This document shows, piece by piece, positions 45,509 through 53,288 of a DNA stretch of 64,000 nt; the first letter of the stretch is position 1; every line of letters begins with the position of its first letter. Position numbers and translations under genes: made by a program. This stretch comes from an uncultured bacterium. Its GTDB lineage: Bacteria; Acidobacteriota; Thermoanaerobaculia; Multivoradales; JAHZIX01. The notes beneath the pieces are model-generated. The model was not told the DNA's origin. It saw only the letters and a program-made list of their open reading frames with translations, and did not search any database. The DNA is taken from contig CBDUPA010000003.1 in the NCBI GenBank assembly GCA_965368975.1, forward strand, positions 320,001-384,000, read 5' to 3'.

Positions 45509-47998
45509 GTGATTCGCCCCACCCTCCACCGCACCGTGTCGCTGCCCCTGGCGTGCCTTTTCCTGGTTCTGCTGGCTTTCCCGCTGACCTTGGGCAAACC
45601 CGGCCTGCCGCCCAACTTGAAGGCGGACGAGAGCGCCTACTACCTGATGGCGCTGAGCCTGTTCCACGACCGCGACCTACGGCTGGAGGTCGAAGACGTC
45701 GATCGGGTGTTCCACGAGTACCCCTACGGGGCTGTGCGCAACCTGATCGCCATGACCGACGACGGCTGGAACAGCGCCTACTTCGGCAAGCCCTACGTCT
45801 ACAGCCTTTTTGCCGCGCCTCTCGCCGGGCCTTTCGGTGCCGACGGCATGATCTTCTTCAACATGCTGCTGTTGGTGGCCATGATCTGGATGGGCGCGCA
45901 GTACCTGCAGCGCTTCAACGCCCGCCCGCTGTCCGAACTCTTCGCCGCCGGCTTCTTCCTGCTCGCCAATGCTGCCCCGTACGTCTTCTGGTTGCATCCG
46001 GAAGTGTTCAACATGGCGTCGATCACGGCATGCCTGTATCTGGCGTTCACCGGTGCATCAGTGGCGATGCCGCACGAACCGCGCGACCGGCGAGCCTTGC
46101 TGCGCGCGGCCGCCTCCGGTGCCGTGCTGGCGCTAGCGGTCTACAACAAGCCGATGTTCGCGCTGTTGGGCATCGCGCCGTTGGTCGCCTACCTGTGGCC
46201 GGCTCACCGGGGCGAGGAAGAGGTAAGTAAGTCTGGCGAGGTGGGCGAGGGTAGCGAGGCAGGCGAGAGTGGGGGCGACGGGGCAGAAAGCTGGCGTCTC
46301 GGAGGTCGGCGTGCGGTAGCGTGGGTGCTCGGTGCGATCCTTGGCATGGCTCTGATCAGCGGCCTGGCGCAGCTACTGACCGGCCATCCATCATCGTACC
46401 TGGGGGTGAGTCGCCAGGGCGTGACCGTCTGCGAGCCGGGCAAGATCCCCGCAGCCATCGTGCCGGCAGAAACCTTGGCGGACACCGACGACAACAGCGC
46501 CGCGGCGCGCGAACGGGAGGCGGTCGCGCATTCACCGACCGGCAATGCCTGGAGCTGGATGTTCCGGGTGCCGAGGCTGATTCCAGGCGAGTTCTTCGAG
46601 AACCTGAGTTACTTCCTGTGGGGCCGGCACACGGGGTTGTTCCTCTACATGCCCTTCGCCGTGCTTGCCGTGATCTTCTTTGGCCGCCACCGCTGGCAGG
46701 CCTGGAGGCATCGGCTCGAAGCCCCGCGCCGCGATCCCGGGCGCTGGGCCCTGCTCGCCGGCCTGGTTGCCGTGGCGCTCTTCTTCTTGCTCTTCATCTT
46801 CTTCAACTGGCATGGTGGTGGCGGCTTCATCGGCAACCGCTACTATGTCAGTGTCTACCCAGCGTTTCTCTTCCTGGTGACGGTGATCCGTCCACGCTGG
46901 TTGCTGCCGGTGGTCTGCTTGTTCGGCGGCCTGTTCCTGGCGCCACTGCTGATCACGCCCTTCGGCTCCGGCGTACCCGAACCGACCCTGCAGGCGCACG
47001 TGCGCAATGCGCCGTTCCGCGTCTTCCCGCTCGAGCTGTCGCTGCGCAACGTGCCCGGCTACGAGACGACCAGGATCGGTGATCTGCGCTTGCGCGGCCG
47101 CAAGGATGTGTTCCTGCCGCAGGGGGACGAGATCTGGCTGCATGGTTCGACGCGCAGCGAGATCCATGTGCTGAGTCCCGAGCGCCTGGAGCAAGTGACC
47201 TTCGAGCTGCGCAGTCCGGCACCGAACAACGAGGTCCGCCTGTGGCTGGGCAGTCCTTGGTGGACACAGCACTACGAGTATCTCCACTTCACCCAGGCCG
47301 AGCAGGTTGCCCGTTTGCAACTCGAGGCCGGGGAGCCCTATCGGGTGCGCACCGTGCGCTTGTACGACGACGCGACCGGTGAGATGAGCCTGGGCAAGAT
47401 CTACGTCTACCGCCTGGTCGTGCAGTCCAGCACGGGCCGTGTGCGGCCGTGGACGCGCTTCTATCCACCCAATCCCTGTCCGTACTTCACCTACGACGAG
47501 ACGCGGCAAGAGAACTTCTTGGTCGGCGTGGGGCTGGCCTGGTTGGGCCAGAATGTCGACCTCGATGCCGATCTCTACGCCGTGCGCTGGGGCCAGATCG
47601 ACGCTCCGGCGAGCGTGACGGTGGGACAGCGCTTCCAGCTCGGGACGCGAGTGTTCAACCAGAGCGCACTGCCGTGGCCAGGGGGCAAGCAGGCACCGGG
47701 AGCCGCGCGCGTCAAGCTGAGCTACCGCTGGCTCGACCCCAGTGGCGAGGTCGTGGCCGGCCTGGGCGATGGTGAGCGCACCGAGTTGCCGGGAACTGTC
47801 GAGCCAGGAGAGCGTGTCGTCGTGCGCCAGGATGTCGAGGCTCCGACCGTCACGGGCTCCTACTTGTTAGAAATCGACCTGGTCTATGAACGCATCGCCT
47901 GGTTCTCGCAGCGCAACGGCGGCACCACGCAGCGCATCCCGATCACGGTATTGCCCGCAGAATTGCCTGTAGCTGGACTGGAGGAAGACACGCCTTGA
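45509..47998 (+). CDS. Multi-TM membrane protein, GT-C glycosyltransferase-like, with C-terminal Ig-like domain
   Basis: Acidic loop KADESAYY after the first TM; many TM helices; WHGGGGFIGNRYY; C-terminal N...W...LSYRW...PGE...LEIDLV..W resembling NBR1-Ig-like domains. Start TTG 45500 or GTG 45509. Confidence 0.7.
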   Translation: MIRPTLHRTVSLPLACLFLVLLAFPLTLGKPGLPPNLKADESAYYLMALSLFHDRDLRLEVEDVDRVFHEYPYGAVRNLIAMTDDGWNSAYFGKPYVYSLFAAPLAGPFGADGMIFFNMLLLVAMIWMGAQYLQRFNARPLSELFAAGFFLLANAAPYVFWLHPEVFNMASITACLYLAFTGASVAMPHEPRDRRALLRAAASGAVLALAVYNKPMFALLGIAPLVAYLWPAHRGEEEVSKSGEVGEGSEAGESGGDGAESWRLGGRRAVAWVLGAILGMALISGLAQLLTGHPSSYLGVSRQGVTVCEPGKIPAAIVPAETLADTDDNSAAAREREAVAHSPTGNAWSWMFRVPRLIPGEFFENLSYFLWGRHTGLFLYMPFAVLAVIFFGRHRWQAWRHRLEAPRRDPGRWALLAGLVAVALFFLLFIFFNWHGGGGFIGNRYYVSVYPAFLFLVTVIRPRWLLPVVCLFGGLFLAPLLITPFGSGVPEPTLQAHVRNAPFRVFPLELSLRNVPGYETTRIGDLRLRGRKDVFLPQGDEIWLHGSTRSEIHVLSPERLEQVTFELRSPAPNNEVRLWLGSPWWTQHYEYLHFTQAEQVARLQLEAGEPYRVRTVRLYDDATGEMSLGKIYVYRLVVQSSTGRVRPWTRFYPPNPCPYFTYDETRQENFLVGVGLAWLGQNVDLDADLYAVRWGQIDAPASVTVGQRFQLGTRVFNQSALPWPGGKQAPGAARVKLSYRWLDPSGEVVAGLGDGERTELPGTVEPGERVVVRQDVEAPTVTGSYLLEIDLVYERIAWFSQRNGGTTQRIPITVLPAELPVAGLEEDTP

Positions 47999-48948
47999 CC
48001 GAAACTTCGACTGACCTGCCGCGCGTCGCCGCCATCGTCCTCAACTACAACGGCAAGGACGTCACGCTCCAGGCGCTGGCCAGCCTGAGCGCCATGACCT
48101 ACGGTGCCTTCGACCTGATCGTGGTCGACAACGGTTCGAGCGATGGTTCCGCCGACGCCATCGCCGAGCAGTTTCCCCAGGTTCTGCAAGTGCGCACCGA
48201 CGTCAACTTGGGCGCCGCTGGTGGCTGCAATCTTGGCTTCCGCTACGCGCTGGAACAAAGCTACGATTACCTTCTGATCCTCAACAATGACATCGAGGTC
48301 GCCCCGGAGATGCTCAGCGAGCTGGTCGCCCTCGCCGAGGTGGATCCGCAGATCGGCTGCGTCGGACCCAAGGAGTACTACTACTGGGATCGCCAACGCC
48401 TGTGGTCCGCTGGTGGCCGCATTCGCTTCCGTGAGGCGATCACGCGGGAACGCGGTGATGGAGAGATCGATGAAGGTCAGTACGACCGCGACGAGCAGGT
48501 CGACTACATCAACGGTTGCGCCATGCTGATCCGCCGCCAGGCCATGCTCGATGTGGGTCTCTGGGACCCGCTCTTCCACCTCGCCGTCGAGGACGCCGAC
48601 TTCTGCCGCCGGCTGCAAGCGCGCGGCTGGACCTGCTGGTACGCCCACCGCGCCCGCCTCTGGCACATGGTTGCCTATGCCACCGGTGTCTACAAAGCCG
48701 GCAAGACGTTTCAGACCGGCCGCAGTACCGCTCTCTTCCTGCGTCGCTACGCCGGGCCACTGCAGTGGCTACGCTCGCTCGCATTCCTCTGTGCCGCGCT
48801 GCCGGCGGCGTTTGTGCGCGAGCTCCTGAAGGGAAACCAAGGGGCCGTGGTGTCGAAAGCACGCGGCTTTGTGGACGGTCTACGCGCCCCGATGACCTCG
48901 CCACCGAGCGTTGACGCCCAGGGGCCGCCGTACCGGGTGCTCGAGTAG
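47995..48948 (+). CDS. Glycosyltransferase family 2
   Basis: IVLNYNG, VVDNGSSDGS, NLGAAGGCN, LNND, GCAMLIRR and EDADFC; overlaps the upstream stop. Confidence 0.92.
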   Translation: MTETSTDLPRVAAIVLNYNGKDVTLQALASLSAMTYGAFDLIVVDNGSSDGSADAIAEQFPQVLQVRTDVNLGAAGGCNLGFRYALEQSYDYLLILNNDIEVAPEMLSELVALAEVDPQIGCVGPKEYYYWDRQRLWSAGGRIRFREAITRERGDGEIDEGQYDRDEQVDYINGCAMLIRRQAMLDVGLWDPLFHLAVEDADFCRRLQARGWTCWYAHRARLWHMVAYATGVYKAGKTFQTGRSTALFLRRYAGPLQWLRSLAFLCAALPAAFVRELLKGNQGAVVSKARGFVDGLRAPMTSPPSVDAQGPPYRVLE

Positions 48949-48964
48949 TACACGGGAGATCGAG

Positions 48965-49486
48965 ATGTTCGACAATCTCAAGGCCGACACCCGGCGCATG
49001 AAGCTCATCAAGTCCAAGGCCTTTCCTTGGTACGTGCTCGAGAGCCTGCTGCTCGACAACGGCTACCAGGCGGTGGTGCTGTACCGGATGTCGCACTGGT
49101 TCAAGAAGCACCGCATTCCGTTCGCCGGCCCCTTCCTGCAGCGCCTGAACATCTTCCTGACCGGTGTTGATATCTCGCCGAGTGCCGAGATCGGTCCAGG
49201 CTTGCTGATCAGTCATGGGGTCGGCCTGGTGATCGGCGGGTACGCCAAGATCGGGGCCAATGCCCTGCTGTTGCATGGTGTGACGCTGGGCTCACCGAGC
49301 CGCGGCAAGGTCGAGCAGATGCCGCGCGTCGGGGACAATGCGTTCCTCGGTGCCGGTGCCAAGCTGATTGGTGGCATCGAGATTGGGGACGATGTGATGA
49401 TCGGGCCCAATGTGGTCGTGATGCAGGATGTCCCGGCTGGGAGCAAGGTTCGGAACCCTGCCGGCATCGAGATCGTGCCGAACTAG
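48965..49486 (+). CDS. Serine O-acetyltransferase-like hexapeptide (LbH) acyltransferase
   Basis: YRMSHW, GVDISPSAEIGPGLLISHGVGLVIG, GVTLG, PRVGDNAFLGAGAKLIG. Short form without the CysE N-domain and located next to glycosyltransferases, so it may act on polysaccharide. Confidence 0.8.
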   Translation: MFDNLKADTRRMKLIKSKAFPWYVLESLLLDNGYQAVVLYRMSHWFKKHRIPFAGPFLQRLNIFLTGVDISPSAEIGPGLLISHGVGLVIGGYAKIGANALLLHGVTLGSPSRGKVEQMPRVGDNAFLGAGAKLIGGIEIGDDVMIGPNVVVMQDVPAGSKVRNPAGIEIVPN

Positions 49487-51528
49487 ATCTTCGCCACCTC
49501 GACGCGTGCGTCATTGAAGCACGCTCCCTCGCCGAGATCCGCGTAGGTCGCTGGAGAGAGTGCATTCGAACTGAGGCCGTTGTGGGTGTTGTGGCTCCAG
49601 ATACCCTTGGGCAGCGCTGCGACGCCGGGGCGTAGATCTGCATTGACCTTCAGCGGGCAGCGCACCTCGCCCAGCTCGTTGTAGACGCGCACGTCATCGC
49701 CGCTGGTCAGCCCGCGGGCTGCCGCGTCGTCCGGGTGCAGCTCGACGGGAACGAGGTCTCGGTGTAGCTGGCCGAACGTGGAGCTGATGTGGGTGCGCAG
49801 GGCGGGGGAGATGAGGGCGAGGGGATAGTCCTCGGTTCCGGGATCGGCCTGGTAGTGATAGAGGCCGTGCGGAGTCTCAGCGTCGAGAGCGGGTGGCACG
49901 AGGTGGATCTTGCGGTCCGGCGTGCCTGGGAAGACATCGACGAACTGGATCGGCCGCGCTCCGCTGGGTGGGGGAGCGACGCCGCCATCTTGGATCTGCT
50001 GGCGCAGCTCATCGCCCTGGCCACTGCCGTCGAGGATGCGGTCGATGATCGAGTCGGCATCGCTGGCGTCTTCGGGGCGGTCGAGATCGAGACGCTGCGT
50101 GAGGTCTGCGAAGACTTCGAGGTTGGAGCGTGCTTCGCCGACCGGAGGGATCACGGGCTGCCCGTCTTGCAGGGCGTAGGCGCCGTAGGCACGCTTGAGT
50201 TCACGATGCTCCAAGAAGGTGGTGGCGGGCAGCAGCAAGTCGGCGTAGCGGGCGGTATCGGTCATCACCTGCTCGAAGACGATGGTGAATAGATCCTTGC
50301 GTTCCAGCCCCTGGCGCACCTGGACCTGCTCGGGCAGCGTCGACAGCGGATTGGCATTGTAGACGAAGAGCAGGTGCACCGGTGGGTCGGCCTCGAGGAG
50401 ATCACGACCGAGGCGGTTCATGTTGAGGATGCGCGTGGCCGGCGGCGCATCGTCGACCGCCTTGCCGAGATGCTTCCAGACGCCGCTGTTGCTCATTGTG
50501 AGGCCGCCAGCGCGTCGACCGAACTTGCCAGCGACGGCGGGCAGAGCGAGGATGGCGGCGGTGGAGGAGCCGCCGTTGCGGTTGCGCTCCTGGCCGTAAC
50601 CGCAGCGCAGAACTGCCGGGTGAGTCTCAGCATACATGTGAGCGAAGCGTTCGAGGTCGGCGGCCGGGATGCCGCTGACCTGGGCGGCTCGCTCGAGCGT
50701 CCAGGGGGCGGCGCGGTGGCGCAGTTCGTCGCTGCCGGTCGTGTGCTGCGCCAGGAAGTCGAGATCGGCACGATCGTTTTCGAACAGCCAGCGAATGAGG
50801 CTGAGCGCTACAGGTAGATCGGTACCGGGACGCGGCGCCAGATGCAGGTCGGCTTTCTTGGCCAGCGGAGTGCGGCGCGGATCGATGACCACCAGCTGGG
50901 CACCCGCTGCCTGGGCGCGCTGAACCACCGGTACCAGATGGATACCCGAGGCCGATGGGTTGGCGCCCCAGATGACGATCAGCTTGGCATGCTCATAGTC
51001 CTCGAACGCGACGCCAGCGAGCTTGCCGTAGAGGCCGCTCAGCGCCGTCGCGGTTGGGGCGGCACAGACCGCTCGGCGCAGCTGCGAAGCACCGAGTCGC
51101 CGGAACAGGCGGGCATCGGTGGAATCTTGGCTCAGCAGGCCGTTGGAGCCGCCGTAGCAGAAGGGGAGGATCGCCTCAGCGCCATAGGCTTCGGCGACCG
51201 CGCGCAGTTTGCCGGCGGCCAGGTCGAGCGCTTCGTCCCACGACAGCCGTTCAAAACGACCCTCGCCCTTGCGCCCGACACGGCGCAGCGGGTGCAGAAG
51301 GCGGTGTTCGCCATAGACATGCCGGTCGAAGTTGCGAACCTTGGCGCAGATGAAGCCGTCGGTGAGCGGGTTCCGGTGGTTGCCTTCCAGCCGCACCACC
51401 CGCCCGTCGTGCACCGTGACGTCGAGACTGCAGGTGTCGGGACAGTCCATCGGGCAGACGCTCGGGTGAGTTTCCGCGGGAGTCTCGGCGGCAGGGATGG
51501 GACGGGGCGTGGGTTCGAGCGGCGGCAT
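49483..51528 (-). CDS. Molybdopterin-dependent oxidoreductase with N-terminal 4Fe-4S
   Basis: CPMDCPDTC...GFICAK, LSWDEAL, WGANP, IDPRRT, TDTARYADLLLPATTFLE and HPDDAAARG; no signal peptide. Confidence 0.92.
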   Translation of the reverse strand: MPPLEPTPRPIPAAETPAETHPSVCPMDCPDTCSLDVTVHDGRVVRLEGNHRNPLTDGFICAKVRNFDRHVYGEHRLLHPLRRVGRKGEGRFERLSWDEALDLAAGKLRAVAEAYGAEAILPFCYGGSNGLLSQDSTDARLFRRLGASQLRRAVCAAPTATALSGLYGKLAGVAFEDYEHAKLIVIWGANPSASGIHLVPVVQRAQAAGAQLVVIDPRRTPLAKKADLHLAPRPGTDLPVALSLIRWLFENDRADLDFLAQHTTGSDELRHRAAPWTLERAAQVSGIPAADLERFAHMYAETHPAVLRCGYGQERNRNGGSSTAAILALPAVAGKFGRRAGGLTMSNSGVWKHLGKAVDDAPPATRILNMNRLGRDLLEADPPVHLLFVYNANPLSTLPEQVQVRQGLERKDLFTIVFEQVMTDTARYADLLLPATTFLEHRELKRAYGAYALQDGQPVIPPVGEARSNLEVFADLTQRLDLDRPEDASDADSIIDRILDGSGQGDELRQQIQDGGVAPPPSGARPIQFVDVFPGTPDRKIHLVPPALDAETPHGLYHYQADPGTEDYPLALISPALRTHISSTFGQLHRDLVPVELHPDDAAARGLTSGDDVRVYNELGEVRCPLKVNADLRPGVAALPKGIWSHNTHNGLSSNALSPATYADLGEGACFNDARVEVAKI

Positions 51529-51710
51529 GGTCAGGCTCCCAAGATTGGTTCGCGGCCAGCCTACCGCTCCAGCGTCTGCAGTTCCAGTACTCGGCGCGAG
51601 GTTTTACGTCTCACTCGTGGCGTAGTGCACTTTGAAACGGGGGCCGTCGTGGAAGCGGGGCGACCTCCAACTGCGGGCGACCCAGGCAGCGCCAGTGCTT
51701 CGCCGGAACA

Positions 51711-51750
51711 AGAAAAGGGCGCGGTGCCCCTACGGACGCCGCGCCTTTCT
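51711..51750 (-). terminator. Probable intrinsic terminator downstream of the lipoprotein gene
   Basis: AGAAAAGGGCGCGGTG...CGCCGCGCCTTTCT inverted repeat; the A run gives a U tail on the minus strand. Confidence 0.6.
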
Positions 51751-51813
51751 CCAACAGCTCTGCTGGCCGAGATTCGGCTCATGGGTTGAGCCTCCGGTCA
51801 GCTGGCGGTGAAA

Positions 51814-52125
51814 TCAGTTCTCGGTCGGCGGAGGAGTGACCTCTTCTGTGGCCTCTTCTGCGGCCTCTTCGACTGCCTCGGTCGCATCGTCCACCGCATC
51901 TTCGACTGCCTCAGCGGCGTCATCGAGCGCTTCCTCGGTCGCCTCGGCCGCATCTTCGACCGCATCGCCCGCCGCTTCGGCAGCGTCTTCGACCGCCTCG
52001 GTCGCGTTGTCGACGGCTTCTTCGACCTGTTCGCCCGCGGTCTTCTCTTCGCTCTGACAGCCAGTCAGGCCCACGAAGCTGAACAACAATGCGACGGTCA
52101 CCATCGAGAGGATGTACTTGTACAT
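51814..52125 (-). CDS. Small acidic Ala/Glu/Asp-repeat lipoprotein
   Basis: RBS AAGGAG; MYKY plus hydrophobic stretch and lipobox LTGC; mature part is repeats of (E/D)(E/D)A(A/T)EAxxxA(V/L). Confidence 0.8.
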   Translation of the reverse strand: MYKYILSMVTVALLFSFVGLTGCQSEEKTAGEQVEEAVDNATEAVEDAAEAAGDAVEDAAEATEEALDDAAEAVEDAVDDATEAVEEAAEEATEEVTPPPTEN

Positions 52126-52215
52126 GGTTTTCTCCTTGTTTTGCAGGGTGAGTTGGCGCATGCTAGCAGGTTTCCCTGGGACGCGGGAACTGGGTAACGG
52201 GCGGTCCAGGGAAGA

Positions 52216-52887
52216 TTATTGGCAGTCTGCATCCGTGGCGGCGAGGGTGGCGATGGCGACCCACTGCTGGTCCCAGTTGCCGAGCGGCGGCAAACGGTCG
52301 CGTGATGGATGTAGACGGTGGAAGCTCGTGATGCCGGCTCGCTTGCCGCTGCTGCGGCCGTGGAACAGGTCGTAGGTCAGGTTGCCTTCGACCTCGTAGA
52401 CGTCAGTCACTACGCCAACGTGCTGGATGCCGCCTGGATTCTTCAGCAGGTCGTCGAGGTCGAAGCGGCGGTAGGTCTTGCCCTGCGTGCCGTAGAACAT
52501 CACGGCTCCCGGCCGGATGTGTTCTTGCTCGGCGACGGCATCGTGAATCAGGGTGAGGCGGCCCTGCTGGTGGTACCAGTAGGCCAGGTCTCGGGTGCTG
52601 CGGTAGGGATCGACGGGCGGCCGGTCGACGCCAGGGCAGCTCTGTTCGAGGGCGCCGAGGAAACGGTGGAAGATGCCCGAGCAATCTGTCAGCTCGGCGC
52701 TGTTGTAGAGCCATCGCCGAGCTTCGATGTCGAGCGCCACACGTCGAACCTGGGTGCACAGCGAGCTACTTCCACAGCTGGTGTCGAAGCTGGTGCTCTG
52801 CGACGTGGCGTCCGAGTCGATCCCCAGGACGTGGACGATCACCAGGAGACTCACGAGAGCGGCGATGAGAAGGCGGAACCTGTACAT
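52216..52887 (-). CDS. Secreted NlpC/P60-family peptidase-like protein
   Basis: Signal peptide; catalytic-type DCSG; PGAVMFY; HVGVV; LFHG. Confidence 0.75.
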   Translation of the reverse strand: MYRFRLLIAALVSLLVIVHVLGIDSDATSQSTSFDTSCGSSSLCTQVRRVALDIEARRWLYNSAELTDCSGIFHRFLGALEQSCPGVDRPPVDPYRSTRDLAYWYHQQGRLTLIHDAVAEQEHIRPGAVMFYGTQGKTYRRFDLDDLLKNPGGIQHVGVVTDVYEVEGNLTYDLFHGRSSGKRAGITSFHRLHPSRDRLPPLGNWDQQWVAIATLAATDADCQ

Positions 52888-53061
52888 GTAGTACCCAACA
52901 GTCTATCGCGTTCGTTCCTGGACGTGCGATGAGGGAATGAGCTGAACTCTCAGGATGTTCCTGCGTACATCAATGCCGAATCGCCCCCTACGCTCACGGT
53001 AGCAGTTACCGAGAGTGCCGGAGGCACCTACATCTCCATCTCCAATTCTGAGGAGGAAGCT

Positions 53062-53207
53062 ATGAAGAAGCAACCAAGAAGAAGCTGACGTTGCACCGTG
53101 AGACCCTGAACGATCTGCAGATCCGTCAGGCTCGGGGTGGCGTCCAGGACTTCCAGTTCACCGAGCCGCCGATTTCTGGCTGTGCCGGCACGGAACTCTG
53201 CTACTAG
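53062..53207 (+). pseudogene. Lanthipeptide/RiPP-type precursor peptide with a 1-nt frameshift near codon 4 (pseudogene or sequencing error)
   Basis: RBS AGGAGG then ATG AAG AAG CA|ACC AAG AAG AAG CTG...; adding one base gives MKKQTKKKLTLHRETLNDLQIRQARGG-VQDFQFTEPPISGCAGTELCY*. Not in the ORF track. Confidence 0.7.
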
Positions 53208-53218
53208 AACGAACCTCC

Positions 53219-53260
53219 GCAACCGCGGTCCCTGGTGTCGCGAGCCGGGGCTGCGGTTGT
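53219..53260. terminator. Hairpin between the convergent precursor peptide and icmF
   Basis: GCAACCGCGGTCCCTGG...CCGGGGCTGCGGTTGT imperfect long inverted repeat. Confidence 0.55.
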
Positions 53261-53288
53261 TGCTTGTCGAGTCGGCTTTCCCGTCGCT

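Noticed and set aside
49483-51528. Second selenoprotein (formate dehydrogenase-like)
   Set aside because: The ORF is uninterrupted and the likely Mo-ligand position is Cys (AVCAAP).
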